NCBI GenBank assembly: GCA_947259915.1 | Contig: CAMYOC010000050.1 | Coordinates: 61,342 to 125,341, forward strand | Direction of reading: 5' to 3' | From: an uncultured Gammaproteobacteria bacterium | GTDB lineage: Bacteria > Pseudomonadota > Gammaproteobacteria > Steroidobacterales > XN24 | Length of the DNA: 64,000 bases | Shown here: piece by piece, positions 33,471 to 44,740 of the stretch | Numbering within the stretch: the first letter of the stretch is position 1 | Layout of the letters: the number at the start of each line of letters is the position of its first letter | Made by a program: the position numbers and the translations under genes | Notes under the pieces: generated by a model | What the model was told of the DNA's origin: nothing | Seen by the model: the letters and a program-made list of their open reading frames with translations, nothing else | Database searches by the model: none

Positions 33471-34238
33471 ATGACGGTTACGATCAAAACACCTGAAGAA
33501 CAGCAGAAGATGCGTACGGCCGGCCGTCTGGCGGCCGAGGTGCTGGATATGATCGGCGAGCACGTCCGCCCCGGCCTGAGTACCGGCGAGCTCGACGCCA
33601 TCTGCCACGCCTATATCGTCGACAAGCTCGATGCGGTGCCCGCACCGCTTAATTACCGGGGCTTCCCCAAGTCCATCTGCACCTCAGTCAACCACGTGGT
33701 CTGCCACGGCATCCCCGGCGACAAGGTGCTGAAGAGCGGAGACTGCGTGAATATCGACGTCACCGTGATCAAGGATAGTTTCCACGGCGATACCAGTCGC
33801 ATGTTCTTTGTCGGCGAACCGAAGGTAGCCGCCAGCCGGGTCAGCGAAGTGTCCCACCAGGGCATGCGGCTGGGCATCGAGATGGTGCGTCCGGGTTTGC
33901 GGCTCGGCGACATCGGCGCGGCCATCCAGCGTCACGTGGAGTCCCACGGCTGCTCCGTGGTCCGGGAATATTGCGGCCACGGCATCGGACGGGAGTTCCA
34001 TGAGGATCCCCAGGTCCTCCATTACGGCAAGCCGGGCACCGGGATGCTGCTGCAGGAAGGCATGACCTTTACCATCGAACCGATGGTCAATGCGGGTCGC
34101 CGCCATGTGCGCCTGCTGCCCGACGGCTGGACCGTGGTCACCAAGGACCACTCCATCTCCGCACAATGGGAGCACACCATCCTGGTCACCGCGGACGGCC
34201 ACGAAGTGCTTACGCTCGGCGCCAGCGGCGAGATCTGA
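33471..34238 (+). CDS. map: type I methionine aminopeptidase
   Basis: MTVTIKTPEEQQKMRTAGRLAAEVL..VCHGIP..NIDVTV..HGD..EYCGHGIG..FTIEPM..QWEHT.. contains the metal ligands. Divergent from rpsB, as in Pseudomonas. Confidence 0.95.
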   Translation: MTVTIKTPEEQQKMRTAGRLAAEVLDMIGEHVRPGLSTGELDAICHAYIVDKLDAVPAPLNYRGFPKSICTSVNHVVCHGIPGDKVLKSGDCVNIDVTVIKDSFHGDTSRMFFVGEPKVAASRVSEVSHQGMRLGIEMVRPGLRLGDIGAAIQRHVESHGCSVVREYCGHGIGREFHEDPQVLHYGKPGTGMLLQEGMTFTIEPMVNAGRRHVRLLPDGWTVVTKDHSISAQWEHTILVTADGHEVLTLGASGEI

Positions 34239-36878
34239 TTGCCCGTGGACAACGCCGCAGAACTGTTTCCCCATCTTTCCGAGCTGTCCGGTCAAAGTGC
34301 GCAACTCGCCGCCTTCCGCGACGCCCTTACCCGCGGTGACGACATCCTCCGCGAACGCTTTGAAGGTGACGAACCGGTGGATCACCTGGTACGTGACCGG
34401 GCCCGGCTGGTGGACAGCGTGCTGGTTCAGGCCTGGCGTCGCCATACCGGTGCGTTTGCGGAGGAACTGGCGCTGGTGGCTGTCGGCGGTTACGGACGCG
34501 GCGAGCTGCATCCATGCTCGGACATAGACATCATGATCCTGCTGCCGCGCGAGGACGACGCCTGGCGCGAAGCGCTGGAGAATTTCCTGACCTTCCTCTG
34601 GGACATCGGTCTGGAAGTCGGTCATAGCGTACGCACGGTAGAGGACTGCCTGGTCCAGTCCGGCGCCGACATCACCGTGGCGACGACGCTGATGGAATCG
34701 CGTCTGCTCGAGGGGCCGCGGCCGCTATTCGAGCAGATGGTCGAAGCGGTCGGACCGGATCACGTCTGGCCGACACCCGCGTTTTTCGAGGCCAAGCTCA
34801 AGGAGCAGACGGAGCGGCATCATCGCTACCACGACACCGCCTACAATCTGGAACCCAACGTAAAAGGCAGTCCCGGCGGTCTCAGAGACATCCAGATGGT
34901 GGGCTGGGTCGCGAAACGGCACTTCAATGCCAGCAGCCTGCGCCAGCTGGCGCAACTCGGCTTCCTCACCGACTACGAATACCGCAAGCTGCTGGCAGGT
35001 CAGACCTTTCTCTGGCGCATACGCTGGGCCCTGCACACCATCACCGGTCGCCGCGAGGATCGGCTGCTGTTCGATCATCAGATCGCCCTCGCCGCCCGTC
35101 TGGGCTATGAAGACGCCACCTACACCCTGGCGGTCGAACAGTTCATGCAGAAGTATTACCGGACGGTGATGGAGCTGAGTCGCCTCAACGAAATGTTGCT
35201 GCAGTTATTCCAGGAAGCCATCCTGCTCGATCCCGACGCCAGCGCCGCGCCCGTGAATCCACGCTTCCAGGTGCGCAACGGTTTTCTCGAGGTCAGGAAC
35301 GATGAGGTGTTCCAGCAGGATCCATCCGCACTGCTGGAGATCTTCAAGGTATTGCAGGAGCAGCCGGAGCTGCGCGGCGTCAGTGCCAGCACCATCCGTC
35401 TGATCCGCAAGCAGCTGATCGGTATTGACGAGGAGTTCCGGCAGAACCCGCGTCATCATCGGCTGTTTCTGGAGATTATGCGCGCCCCCCAGGGCGTGAC
35501 CCACGAGCTGCGTCGGATGAATCGATACGGCGTACTGGGCCGCTACATCCCGGCGTTTGGCCGCATCGTGGGGCGCATGCAATACGACCTGTTCCACGCC
35601 TATACCGTCGACGCGCATACCCTGTTCGTGCTGAGTAATCTGCGCCGACTCGCCTTGCCCCGGTACGATCACGAACTCCCGGCGCTGAGCGAGATCATGC
35701 AAGCGTTGCCACAACCCGAGTTGGTATATCTCGCCGGACTGTTCCACGACATCGCCAAGGGACGGGGCGGTGATCACTCGGAGCTGGGGGCGGTAGACGC
35801 CGAGTCCTTCTGTCTCGAACAGGGCCTGTCCCGCTACGAAGCGCGGCTGGTCGCCTGGCTGGTCGCCAATCATCTGTTGTTCTCGATCACCGCACAAAAA
35901 AAAGACATCCATGACCCGGATGTGATCCGCGAGTTCGCGGAGAAAGTCGGCGATCAGACGCGTCTCGATTATCTGTATCTGCTGACTGTGGCTGATGTGC
36001 GCGGCACCAACCCGAAGCTGTGGAATTCCTGGAAGGCATCGCTGTTCGGTGAGTTCTATGAGTCCACCAAACGCGCGCTGCGCCGCGGTCTGGAAAACCC
36101 CATCGACAAGGAGGAGCTGATCGCTGAGACCCAGTCCCGGGCGATCGAATTGCTGCGTTCCTGGCGGCTGCGCAAAGGCCGGATCCGCAAGGCCTGGGCA
36201 CCGATGACCGATGAATATTTCCTGCGGTATACGCCGGCGGAGATCGCCTGGCACACCGAGAAGCTGATCGGTCACGATCGCGCTGATGGTCCGTTGATCT
36301 CTGTCCGCCAGGAGAGTGACCGCGGCGGCACCGCGGTGATGGTCTACACCGAAACTGCCCGCCGCACCTTCGCTCACGTCACTGCGATGCTGGACCAACT
36401 GGGTCTGACTATCGTCGATGCGCGGATCACGCCAACGGCCGACGGCCATAGTCTCGATACCTACCACGTACTGGAGAGCGACGGTACGCTCATCGATGAC
36501 CTGGAGCGGGCGCAACAGATCGACCGGGCACTGACCAAAGTCCTGCTCAAGGACGATGGATCGACCCTGACCGTGACCCGTCAGGCACCCCGCCAGGTGC
36601 GCATGTTCTCGACCGCCACGCGGATCAATTTTGGTCGCGACGCCCGCAACAGGACGCTCATCGAGCTGATCGCCGGGGACCGGCCCGGCCTGTTGTCGGA
36701 AGTCGGACGGGTGCTGCTGGAGACCGGTATCGCCGTCCATGCAGCCCGGATCATGACCATCGGCGAACGCGCCGAAGACGTCTTTTGCTGCACCGACGAA
36801 AGCGGCCAGCCGCTGACCGAGGCCCAGTGTGAAGCCCTGCATGACCGCATGATAGAAAAACTCGACCAAGCGGCCTGA
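34239..36878 (+). CDS. glnD: bifunctional [protein-PII] uridylyltransferase/uridylyl-removing enzyme
   Basis: Nucleotidyltransferase motif AVGGYGRGELHPCSDIDIMIL, an HD domain (LFHDIAKG) and two C-terminal ACT-like regions. TTG start at 34239, with a GTG at 34245 as alternative. Confidence 0.94.
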   Translation: MPVDNAAELFPHLSELSGQSAQLAAFRDALTRGDDILRERFEGDEPVDHLVRDRARLVDSVLVQAWRRHTGAFAEELALVAVGGYGRGELHPCSDIDIMILLPREDDAWREALENFLTFLWDIGLEVGHSVRTVEDCLVQSGADITVATTLMESRLLEGPRPLFEQMVEAVGPDHVWPTPAFFEAKLKEQTERHHRYHDTAYNLEPNVKGSPGGLRDIQMVGWVAKRHFNASSLRQLAQLGFLTDYEYRKLLAGQTFLWRIRWALHTITGRREDRLLFDHQIALAARLGYEDATYTLAVEQFMQKYYRTVMELSRLNEMLLQLFQEAILLDPDASAAPVNPRFQVRNGFLEVRNDEVFQQDPSALLEIFKVLQEQPELRGVSASTIRLIRKQLIGIDEEFRQNPRHHRLFLEIMRAPQGVTHELRRMNRYGVLGRYIPAFGRIVGRMQYDLFHAYTVDAHTLFVLSNLRRLALPRYDHELPALSEIMQALPQPELVYLAGLFHDIAKGRGGDHSELGAVDAESFCLEQGLSRYEARLVAWLVANHLLFSITAQKKDIHDPDVIREFAEKVGDQTRLDYLYLLTVADVRGTNPKLWNSWKASLFGEFYESTKRALRRGLENPIDKEELIAETQSRAIELLRSWRLRKGRIRKAWAPMTDEYFLRYTPAEIAWHTEKLIGHDRADGPLISVRQESDRGGTAVMVYTETARRTFAHVTAMLDQLGLTIVDARITPTADGHSLDTYHVLESDGTLIDDLERAQQIDRALTKVLLKDDGSTLTVTRQAPRQVRMFSTATRINFGRDARNRTLIELIAGDRPGLLSEVGRVLLETGIAVHAARIMTIGERAEDVFCCTDESGQPLTEAQCEALHDRMIEKLDQAA

Positions 36879-36897
36879 ACCCGCCCTACGGAGCGCC

Positions 36898-38094
36898 ATG
36901 AACCCCTTGCTGGAGCGCCTGCACCCTTACCCGTTCGAGCGGCTGGCGACGCTGATGGCCGAGGTGAGCCCGCCGCCGGGGCTGCCCCACATCCCGCTGT
37001 CCATCGGCGAACCCAAACACGCCCCGCCCGCCTTTGTCGGTGAGGCCCTGAGCGCCGCCACGGAAACCCTAGGCACCTATCCGGTCGCGCTGGGCAGCGC
37101 AACGCTGCGTGTTGCGATCGCGCGCTGGCTGGAGCGCCGCTTTGCGCTGGGTAACGGCGCAGTGGATGCGGGTAGCATGATCCTGCCGGTCAACGGCACC
37201 CGCGAGGGCTTGTTCAGCTTCGTCCAGGCGGTGGTCGACCCGGCTGCGCGCAGCCTGGTGATGATGCCCAACCCGTTCTACCAGATCTACGAGGGCGCAG
37301 CGCTGTTGGCCGGTGCTCAACCGCGCTACATGAATACCGTGGAGGCTAACGGTTTCCTGCCGGATCTTGCTGCAGTCAGCGCCGCCGAATGGGACCGGTG
37401 CGCGGTGTTGTTCTTGTGCAGCCCGGGTAACCCGACCGGCGCAGTGCTCGACGAGCCCTTTTTGCGCCGGGCGATCGAGCTGGCCGATCGCCACGACTTT
37501 GTGATCGCTGCCGACGAGTGCTACGCGGATATCTATCTTCACGAGGATCACCCGCCGCCGAGCCTGCTGCAGGTCTGCCGCGCGATGGGCCGCGACGATT
37601 TCCATCGTTGCATCGTCTTTCACAGCCTGTCCAAGCGCTCCAGCGTGCCGGGTCTGCGCTCCGGTTTTGTCGCCGGCGATGCGGAGATCATGGGCGGCTT
37701 TCGTCTGTATCGGACGTATCACGGCTGCGCCGTGCCGCTGCTGGTGCAGCGCGCCAGCGTGCCGGCCTGGGAGGACGAGGCCCATGTGCTCGTCAGCCGC
37801 CGGCTATACCAGGAAAAATTTGACGCAGTGATGCCGATCCTCGATGGCGTGCTCGACGTGTCACCGCCGCCGGCCGCATTCTACCTGTGGGCTCCGACGC
37901 CGATCGATGACGAGGTTTTTGCCCAACGACTATTCGCCACGCAGCATGTGACGGTGCTGCCAGGCCGCTATCTCTCCCGGCCCACCGACGACGGCGACCC
38001 CGGCGTCGGCCGGGTGCGTATCTCGCTGGTCGCCGGCACCGCGGAGTGCGTGGAAGCGGCCCGGCGCATCCGCGAATTCTGCAGCACACTCTAG
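36898..38094 (+). CDS. dapC: succinyldiaminopimelate transaminase (class I/II aminotransferase)
   Basis: Aminotransferase fold with the PLP lysine region ([15 protein letters not shown]). The glnD-dapC-dapD context matches Pseudomonas and Bordetella. Confidence 0.8.
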   Translation: MNPLLERLHPYPFERLATLMAEVSPPPGLPHIPLSIGEPKHAPPAFVGEALSAATETLGTYPVALGSATLRVAIARWLERRFALGNGAVDAGSMILPVNGTREGLFSFVQAVVDPAARSLVMMPNPFYQIYEGAALLAGAQPRYMNTVEANGFLPDLAAVSAAEWDRCAVLFLCSPGNPTGAVLDEPFLRRAIELADRHDFVIAADECYADIYLHEDHPPPSLLQVCRAMGRDDFHRCIVFHSLSKRSSVPGLRSGFVAGDAEIMGGFRLYRTYHGCAVPLLVQRASVPAWEDEAHVLVSRRLYQEKFDAVMPILDGVLDVSPPPAAFYLWAPTPIDDEVFAQRLFATQHVTVLPGRYLSRPTDDGDPGVGRVRISLVAGTAECVEAARRIREFCSTL

Positions 38095-38116
38095 CGAACG
38101 TAACGGAGTAAGCCTG

Positions 38117-38941
38117 ATGGACGACGCACGCAAAATCATCGAACAGGCCTTTGAAAACCGCGGCGAATTGTCCCCGGAGACCGCGCCGGATCCACTCCGC
38201 GGGGCTGTAGAGCATGTGATCACGGGGCTTGATGACGGCAGTCTGCGCGTCGCGGAGCCGATCGCCGACGGCTGGCAGGTCAATGCGTGGATCAAGAAGG
38301 CGGTGCTGCTTTATTTCCGTCTGCATCCCAACCAGGTGGTGGATGGCGGGTTTACCCGTTTTTTCGACAAGGTACCGCTAAAACACCAGGACTACGATCT
38401 CGAGCGTTTCGAGCATGACGGCGCGCGCATCGTGCCGCCGGCCGTGGTCCGCCGCGGCGCCTTTATCGCGCCGGACGCGGTCCTGATGCCCTGCTATGTC
38501 AACATCGGCGCCTGGGTCGGCTCGGGCACCATGGTGGACACCTGGGCGACGGTGGGGTCATGCGCACAAATCGGCGCCGGCGTGCACATCTCGGGCGGTG
38601 CCGGTATCGGCGGCGTGCTTGAGCCGCTGCAGGCGGCCCCCACCATCATCGAGGACGGCTGTTTTATCGGCGCCCGCTCGGAGATCGTCGAGGGCGTCAT
38701 CGTCGAGCGCGGCGCGGTGATCTCGATGGGCGTGTTTATCGGTCAGAGCACCCGCATCTACGACCGGGAGAACAACGAGGTGATCTATGGCCGGGTGCCG
38801 GCCGGTTCGGTGGTCGTGTCCGGGACACTGCCGTCCGCAAACGGACGCTATGGCCTCTACTGCGCGGTGATCGTAAAACGGGTCGACGAGAAGACCCGGG
38901 CCAAGGTCGGCATCAATGAACTGCTGCGCAGCGCCCGCTAG
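38117..38941 (+). CDS. dapD: 2,3,4,5-tetrahydropyridine-2,6-dicarboxylate N-succinyltransferase
   Basis: Hexapeptide-repeat core with a typical DapD N-terminal domain (..[13 protein letters not shown]..), 274 aa. Confidence 0.94.
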   Translation: MDDARKIIEQAFENRGELSPETAPDPLRGAVEHVITGLDDGSLRVAEPIADGWQVNAWIKKAVLLYFRLHPNQVVDGGFTRFFDKVPLKHQDYDLERFEHDGARIVPPAVVRRGAFIAPDAVLMPCYVNIGAWVGSGTMVDTWATVGSCAQIGAGVHISGGAGIGGVLEPLQAAPTIIEDGCFIGARSEIVEGVIVERGAVISMGVFIGQSTRIYDRENNEVIYGRVPAGSVVVSGTLPSANGRYGLYCAVIVKRVDEKTRAKVGINELLRSAR

Positions 38942-38943
38942 GT

Positions 38944-39666
38944 TCAGGCATCCCGGTCCAGCGCCTTGGCCTTTACGTGTCGCACATCTTTCCCCTGGAC
39001 GATAAAGACGACGTATTTGGCGATGTTCTTGGCGTGATCGCCGATCCGTTCCAGCGCCTTGATCACCACCACATGATCCGCCGCGACGTCGACCAGCGCC
39101 GGCTGCGAGATCATCGCGTCATGGATGCTGCGGACGGAGCGTTTGTATTCGGCATCCAGTCTGGCGTCTTCCTTGGCGGCCTGGATCGCGTTCTCTGCGT
39201 CAGCGTTATCCAGAGCCTCTACGGCTGTCCTCAATATTTCGACCGCGAGTTCCCCCATGCTCTCGGTCGACTCATCGAAATCGGCATCGATCTCCGCGCC
39301 ATCCTCGATGTGACGTCTGGCGATCTTGGCGATCTTCTTGGCCTCGTCGCCGCAGCGCTCCAGATCGGTTATTGCACGGATATAGGAGATGATCATCCTC
39401 AGATCCGCGCCCATCGGCTGGCGCTTCGCCAGCAGATTGAAGATCAGTTCTTCGCCATCGATGTCGTACTGATTGACCGTGGCCTCTCGCTCCACGACAA
39501 GCTTTGCTGATCCAATGTCCCGTTTGCGGATAGCGTTGACTGCGCGCTGCAGCTGATCGATCACCAGGCCGCCCATCTGCAGCACCAGCGTGCGGAGCTG
39601 CTCCAGTTCGGCATCGAATGCCCGCACCGTGTGTCCTTCGGTGTATTGAGTCATGTGGTCCGACAT
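38944..39666 (-). CDS. phoU: phosphate signalling complex protein PhoU
   Basis: Two PhoU repeats (..ERCGDEAKKIA.. and ..ERIGDHAKNIA..). It lies immediately downstream of pstB. Confidence 0.92.
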   Translation of the reverse strand: MSDHMTQYTEGHTVRAFDAELEQLRTLVLQMGGLVIDQLQRAVNAIRKRDIGSAKLVVEREATVNQYDIDGEELIFNLLAKRQPMGADLRMIISYIRAITDLERCGDEAKKIAKIARRHIEDGAEIDADFDESTESMGELAVEILRTAVEALDNADAENAIQAAKEDARLDAEYKRSVRSIHDAMISQPALVDVAADHVVVIKALERIGDHAKNIAKYVVFIVQGKDVRHVKAKALDRDA

Positions 39667-39700
39667 CTGAAACTCCGGCGCTGGCCAGAAGGCCGCGCTA

Positions 39701-40600
39701 TCAGCCGAAACGGCCGGTGATGTAGTCCTCGGTCAGTTTGTGCGTGGGATTGGTGAAAATCTTGTCCGTCTCACCCACCTCTACCAGATAGCCCAGATGG
39801 AAGTAAGCAGTGCGCTGTGAGACCCGGGCGGCCTGCTGCATGGAATGGGTCACGATACAGATCGTGTAATTTTCCCGCAGTTCATCGATCAGATCCTCGA
39901 TCTTCGCCGTGGCGATCGGATCCAGCGCCGAACACGGCTCATCCATCAGGATCACGTCGGGCGAAACGGCGATGGCCCGCGCGATGCACAGCCGCTGTTG
40001 TTGACCACCAGACAGACCCGTGCCCGGCTGATCCAGCCGGTCCTTGACCTCGCCGAGGAGCCCGGCTCTTTCCAGGCTGGTGCGCACGATCTCGTCCAGT
40101 TCGACCTTGTCCTTTGCCAGACCGTGGATGCGCGGCCCGTAGGCGACGTTGTCATAAATCGACTTCGGAAACGGATTCGGCTTCTGGAACACCATGCCGA
40201 CCCGGGCCCGCAATGGCACCACGTCGATCTTCGGGTCGTAGATATTCTGGCCGTCGAGCTCGATCGTCCCGGTGACCCTGGCAATGTCGATGGTGTCGTT
40301 CATGCGGTTCAGACAGCGCAGGAAGGTCGACTTGCCACAACCCGACGGTCCGATCATCGAGATTACCTGATGACGTCCGATGTCCAGATTGACATCGAAT
40401 ACGGCCTGCTTGTCACCGTAGAACACGTTGACGTCCCGACAATTGATGATCGGGTCCGGGTGCTCGATGACGCCGAACGTCGTATCGGGCACCTCGGCGC
40501 TACGCGCCTCGCTCATGGCCGCGGACGCCGCCTCACGCGGGGCCGGCGGCTCAGGCGTTATTTCGGGACGTATATCCTGGGTCATCGGGTTGGCTTCCAT
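39701..40600 (-). CDS. pstB: phosphate ABC transporter ATP-binding protein PstB
   Basis: Walker [10 protein letters not shown], signature LSGGQQQR and Walker B ILMDEP. ATG 40600 has a GGAG Shine-Dalgarno and gives a ~40-aa Pro/Glu/Ala-rich N-terminal extension relative to E. coli PstB. An internal ATG at 40516 is an alternative. Confidence 0.93.
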   Translation of the reverse strand: MEANPMTQDIRPEITPEPPAPREAASAAMSEARSAEVPDTTFGVIEHPDPIINCRDVNVFYGDKQAVFDVNLDIGRHQVISMIGPSGCGKSTFLRCLNRMNDTIDIARVTGTIELDGQNIYDPKIDVVPLRARVGMVFQKPNPFPKSIYDNVAYGPRIHGLAKDKVELDEIVRTSLERAGLLGEVKDRLDQPGTGLSGGQQQRLCIARAIAVSPDVILMDEPCSALDPIATAKIEDLIDELRENYTICIVTHSMQQAARVSQRTAYFHLGYLVEVGETDKIFTNPTHKLTEDYITGRFG

Positions 40601-40632
40601 AGGACTCCGCTTCCTTGATTCTAGACCAGTTG

Positions 40633-41955
40633 CTACCAGCGACGCTCGTATCGCTTGCGCAGGATGATCGCGCTAAGGTTCATCAGCACCAGGAACCCCA
40701 GCAGCACCATGATCGCTGCCGAAGTCCGCTCGACGAAGGCCCGTTCGGGCGCATCGGCCCAGAGATAGATCTGCACTGGCAGCGCAGTGGACGGGTCGAA
40801 CAGGCCCTGCGGGATATCGACGATAAACGCGACCATCCCGATCATCAGCAACGGCGCGGTTTCACCCAGCGCCCGGGCCATGCCGATGATCGTGCCGGTA
40901 AGCATCCCGGGCATGGCCAATGGCAGTACATGATGGAACGTGCTCTGCATCTGCGATGCACCCATGCCCAGAGCAGCCTCGCGGATCGAGGGCGGCACCG
41001 ATTTGAGTGAAGCGCGTGCCGAGATGATGATAGTCGGCAGCGTCATCAAGGTCAGGACCAGCCCGCCGACCATCGGCGCCGATCGCGGCATCGAAAAGAA
41101 ATTCAGAAATACGCCGAGGCCGAGCAGACCGAAGACGATCGAAGGCACCGCCGCAAGATTGTTGATATTGATCTCGATAAAATCTGTCACCGGGTTCTTG
41201 GGCGCAAACTCTTCCAGATAGATGGCAGCGCCGATGCCGACCGGGAAAGACAGGGCCAGCGTGATCAGAAGCATGTAGAAAGACCCCTTCGTCGCGCCCC
41301 AGATGCCCGACAATTCCGGATCCCGGGAATCGCCATGGGTGAAGAAGGAGGTATTGAAACGCTTCTCGAAGCGGCCCCGATCACGCAGAGTCTCGAGCCA
41401 GGCGATCTGCTGATCTGACACTCGGCGCTCGCTCTCCGGCACCGTCCGACTGATTTTGCCTTTATTGAGCATGTCGGCGTCCGCACTGGCCAGCACCGAG
41501 ACGCGGCGCGTCTGACCGATCAACAGCGGGTCAGTGATCACCATGTCCTGCAGATCGAACGCGGCACTGTTGCTGATCAGGGCCCCCAATGCCCTGCGGT
41601 CACGGCGTCCGGAGGCTTCGGGGAAAAGGAAAAGCAGCGAGTCTTTGATCAGTGTGTTGTAGTTCGCCCGCATCAGGCTTTCCTGATCGCGCAGGCCATC
41701 CGGGTCGATCACCTCGGGATCGAAGTAGATATCCAGATCCACGTAGGTCTGCTGGAAGGCGGAGTAACCCTTGCCGACGATGCTGATCATCATCAATGCC
41801 AGGAACGCCAGACCGACGGTCACAGATGCGATGCCGTAGACGCGGAACCGGCGTTCCGCGCCATAGCGCTTGCGCAGGCTGGCGTTGACTCTGGCCATGG
41901 CCTGATCCGCGGAGATGGGTCTGCCTGCGGCGCCGGGATCACCGATCTTATTCAT
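40633..41955 (-). CDS. pstA: phosphate ABC transporter permease PstA (long form)
   Basis: Polytopic permease with a large loop after TM1 and the EAA-type region ..[18 protein letters not shown]... ATG 41955; a GTG at 41964 is possible. Confidence 0.9.
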   Translation of the reverse strand: MNKIGDPGAAGRPISADQAMARVNASLRKRYGAERRFRVYGIASVTVGLAFLALMMISIVGKGYSAFQQTYVDLDIYFDPEVIDPDGLRDQESLMRANYNTLIKDSLLFLFPEASGRRDRRALGALISNSAAFDLQDMVITDPLLIGQTRRVSVLASADADMLNKGKISRTVPESERRVSDQQIAWLETLRDRGRFEKRFNTSFFTHGDSRDPELSGIWGATKGSFYMLLITLALSFPVGIGAAIYLEEFAPKNPVTDFIEININNLAAVPSIVFGLLGLGVFLNFFSMPRSAPMVGGLVLTLMTLPTIIISARASLKSVPPSIREAALGMGASQMQSTFHHVLPLAMPGMLTGTIIGMARALGETAPLLMIGMVAFIVDIPQGLFDPSTALPVQIYLWADAPERAFVERTSAAIMVLLGFLVLMNLSAIILRKRYERRW

Positions 41956-43369
41956 ACTGCTCACGATATTTTTTCACTACTCTCAACGCGATGGCGTTCA
42001 GAGCAAGGGTAAACACGAAAAGGATCAACCCGAGCGCGAATGCCGCCAGTGTCTTGGGACTGTCAAACTCCTGATCACCCACCAGCAGCGTCACGATCTG
42101 CACCGTGACGGTCGTCACCGCCTCCAGCGGGTTTGCCGTCAGGTTGGCCGCTAGGCCGGCCGCCATGACAACGATCATGGTCTCGCCGATAGCGCGCGAT
42201 ACCGCCAGCAACAGACCGCCGACGATCCCCGGCAGGGCCGCCGGGAAAACCACCTGTTTGACCGTCTCAGACTTGGTCGCGCCGAGCGCCAGCGCGCCAT
42301 CGCGCATGGCCTGAGGGACCGCATTGATGACATCATCGGATAGGGACGAAACAAAGGGGATGATCATGATGCCCATGACCAGCCCGGCCGCCAGCGCGCT
42401 CTCGGACGCAACGGACAGGCCCAGCGACTCACCCAACCCTCTGATCTCCGGCGCCACTACCAGGGCGGCGAAGAATCCGTAGACCACGGTCGGGATGCCG
42501 GCGAGTATCTCAAGCAAGGGCTTGGCCACGGATCTGAACTGGCGCGGCGCATATTCCGCCAGATACACCGCGGTCATCAAGCCGATCGGTGCCGCGACCA
42601 GCATCGCGATGAGGGCGATCAACATCGTGCCGGCGAATAGCGGCACGGCGCCGAATGCGCCAGACGAACCGACCTGATCGGCACGGATAGCGATCTGCGG
42701 CGACCATTCCAATCCGAACAGGAACTCGGTAATCGGGACTGACTTAAAAAAGCGGGCAGACTCGAACAACACCGAAAAGACGATGCCCACGGTTGTAAAA
42801 ATGGCGATCGTCGAGCAGGCGATCAGGAATCCCTTGACCACACTCTCGACCCGGTTCCGGGCCCGCAGCTCCGGGCGGATCAGTCGCCAGGCAAGCACCA
42901 GTCCGAGCCCGGCCAGCGCTGCGGCGAGGATCGTCCGAGCCCAGCCACTCAAGAGCGTCAAACGCTCCAGGTGATCGGCCGCCTGGCGTATCTCCGGCGT
43001 CAGCTCATCGCTGATGATGTTCCCGGCGACGAGATTCTTGACATCGTTCATGAACAGCCCGACACGCGCATCGGGCAGCGAGCGAATCTCGGCCGGTAGA
43101 TCGCGTATCACCAGATCGGTCACGACGCTGGACTCCAGCGACTGCCAGAGGAATATCATCAGGACGGCGGGGATACCGGCCCAGATCGCAGCGAACAGAC
43201 CATAATGCCCGGGCAGCGAGTGCAGCGAGCGGATGCCGCCGCCCGCGCCGGCCAGCGCAACGGCGCGACGGCGTCCGAGAAAAAAACCCGTCACGGTGAT
43301 CGCAACGAGCAAAAGCAGTAGCGTCGAACTGGTCAACCCTGCCCCCGTTTGCTTGGGACACGTCCCCAC
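41948..43369 (-). CDS. pstC: phosphate ABC transporter permease PstC (long form)
   Basis: Permease with ..DGALALGATKSETVKQVVFPAALPG... GTG start at 43369; the exact start is uncertain. Confidence 0.9.
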   Translation of the reverse strand: MGTCPKQTGAGLTSSTLLLLLVAITVTGFFLGRRRAVALAGAGGGIRSLHSLPGHYGLFAAIWAGIPAVLMIFLWQSLESSVVTDLVIRDLPAEIRSLPDARVGLFMNDVKNLVAGNIISDELTPEIRQAADHLERLTLLSGWARTILAAALAGLGLVLAWRLIRPELRARNRVESVVKGFLIACSTIAIFTTVGIVFSVLFESARFFKSVPITEFLFGLEWSPQIAIRADQVGSSGAFGAVPLFAGTMLIALIAMLVAAPIGLMTAVYLAEYAPRQFRSVAKPLLEILAGIPTVVYGFFAALVVAPEIRGLGESLGLSVASESALAAGLVMGIMIIPFVSSLSDDVINAVPQAMRDGALALGATKSETVKQVVFPAALPGIVGGLLLAVSRAIGETMIVVMAAGLAANLTANPLEAVTTVTVQIVTLLVGDQEFDSPKTLAAFALGLILFVFTLALNAIALRVVKKYREQYE

Positions 43370-43397
43370 GCAGTGTCCGCTATTTTTGTTGTAAATG

Positions 43398-43431
43398 CAT
43401 GGACGGCGGCGCCGATGCGCCGCCGTCCATG
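43398..43431 (-). promoter_or_regulatory. pstS-pstC intercistronic stem-loop
   Basis: catggacggcggcgc cgat gcgccgccgtccatg forms a perfect 15-bp stem with a 4-nt loop, 24 nt after the pstS stop. No U-tract follows. Confidence 0.5.
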
Positions 43432-43454
43432 GCAGGTCGTATCGAGAGCGCCCG

Positions 43455-44525
43455 TCAGTTGGCCGCCAGACTCAGCGGTTTGAGTCCTTTGACGTCGGCC
43501 GCGAATTCCTTGCGCTCGGCTTCCGGCATCGGAATCAGGCCCCGATCGGCCAGATATCCGTCCGGGCCCCAGGCCTTGTCACTGGTGAACTCGGCCAAAA
43601 ACTCGTCCATGCCGGGGATCACTCCGATGTGGGCCTTCTTGACGTAGAAGTACAGCGGACGCGACACGGGATAGGCACCGTCGGCGATGTCGTCGAAGTC
43701 CGGCATGACGCCGTCCACCGGATTGCCCTTGACCTTGTCTCCGTTTTGATCGAGGAAACTGAAGCCGAAAACACCGAGCGCGGCGGGATTGGCCTGGAGC
43801 TTCTGCACGATCAGATTGTCGTTCTCGCCGGCCTCGACATAGCCGCCATCTTCACGGATGGTGTGACACACCGACTTGTAGGCATTCTTGTCGGCGCTCT
43901 TTAGCTCCTTGATCCATCCGAAGCTCTTGCAGCCACCTTCCATCGCCAGCTCAGCAAAGGCGTCGCGGGTCCCCGAAGTCGGCGGCGGGCCGAGCACCTC
44001 GATCTTTACGTCGGGCAGGTCCGCGTTGACGTCTTTCCAACTCTTGTAAGGGTTATCGACCATGCTTGCCACGCCCGTGGCGTCCGGCTTGGCCGGATCA
44101 GGAACCTGCTTGGCCAGCGCAAGAAAGATGTCTTTGCGGGTCAGATTGAACACATCCGCGTTCTTGGCATTGGCCAGGACGATCCCGTCGTAGCCGATCT
44201 TGACTTCGACAACCTCGGCCACCCCGTTGTCGGAACAGGTCTTTACCTCGGACGCCTTGATGCGGCGGGACGAGTTGGTGACATCAGGGTGCTGGACGCC
44301 GACGCCGGCGCAAAACAGCTTGAGGCCGCCTCCCGAACCGGTGGACTCGATCTTCGGCGTCTTGAAAGAGGTGCTGCGGCCGAAGTTCTCCGCCACCACG
44401 GTGGCGAAAGGATAAACCGTCGAGGAGCCGACGATGAAAATATAGTCGCGAGCGGTCTGGGCACCGGCCGAACCGGTGGCCACCAGGGCCGCGACTCCCG
44501 CCACGGCAAGGATTCGTTTTATCAC
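43455..44525 (-). CDS. pstS: phosphate ABC transporter substrate-binding protein (PstS family)
   Basis: Signal peptide MIKRILAVAGVAALVATGSAGA, then ..VGSSTVYPF..TGSGGG.. of the phosphate-binding PBP family. It is the first gene of the pst operon. GTG start with a GGAG Shine-Dalgarno 9 nt upstream. Confidence 0.87.
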   Translation of the reverse strand: MIKRILAVAGVAALVATGSAGAQTARDYIFIVGSSTVYPFATVVAENFGRSTSFKTPKIESTGSGGGLKLFCAGVGVQHPDVTNSSRRIKASEVKTCSDNGVAEVVEVKIGYDGIVLANAKNADVFNLTRKDIFLALAKQVPDPAKPDATGVASMVDNPYKSWKDVNADLPDVKIEVLGPPPTSGTRDAFAELAMEGGCKSFGWIKELKSADKNAYKSVCHTIREDGGYVEAGENDNLIVQKLQANPAALGVFGFSFLDQNGDKVKGNPVDGVMPDFDDIADGAYPVSRPLYFYVKKAHIGVIPGMDEFLAEFTSDKAWGPDGYLADRGLIPMPEAERKEFAADVKGLKPLSLAAN

Positions 44526-44612
44526 GTCATATCTCCGTAACTTATTGAAAAACCGTGGTTCTCCAAAGGCCGCATGCTCTTACCGGCCCTTGATGCCCCC
44601 ACCCATGCGAGC

Positions 44613-44646
44613 TTTATACGCGGCCTTTGTTACCAAAATGTGTCAG
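44613..44646 (-). promoter_or_regulatory. candidate Pho box plus -10 element of the pstS promoter
   Basis: The minus strand reads CTGACACATTTTGGTAAC, which I count as 12/18 matches to CTGTCATAWAWCTGTCAY. Exactly 10 nt later comes TATAAA. Confidence 0.4.
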
Positions 44647-44740
44647 AAGCTGGGGGAAAATCAAGGCGTGGACGGGTCATCGGATTTGCTACCATGGAGC
44701 CCGGTTATTGCACTGCAAGGTTCGGGGGGGACCGCTGCTC

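Noticed and set aside
35205-36899. 564-aa minus-strand ORF opposite glnD
   Set aside because: Shadow ORF in the wobble-complement phase of glnD, with no recognisable domains.
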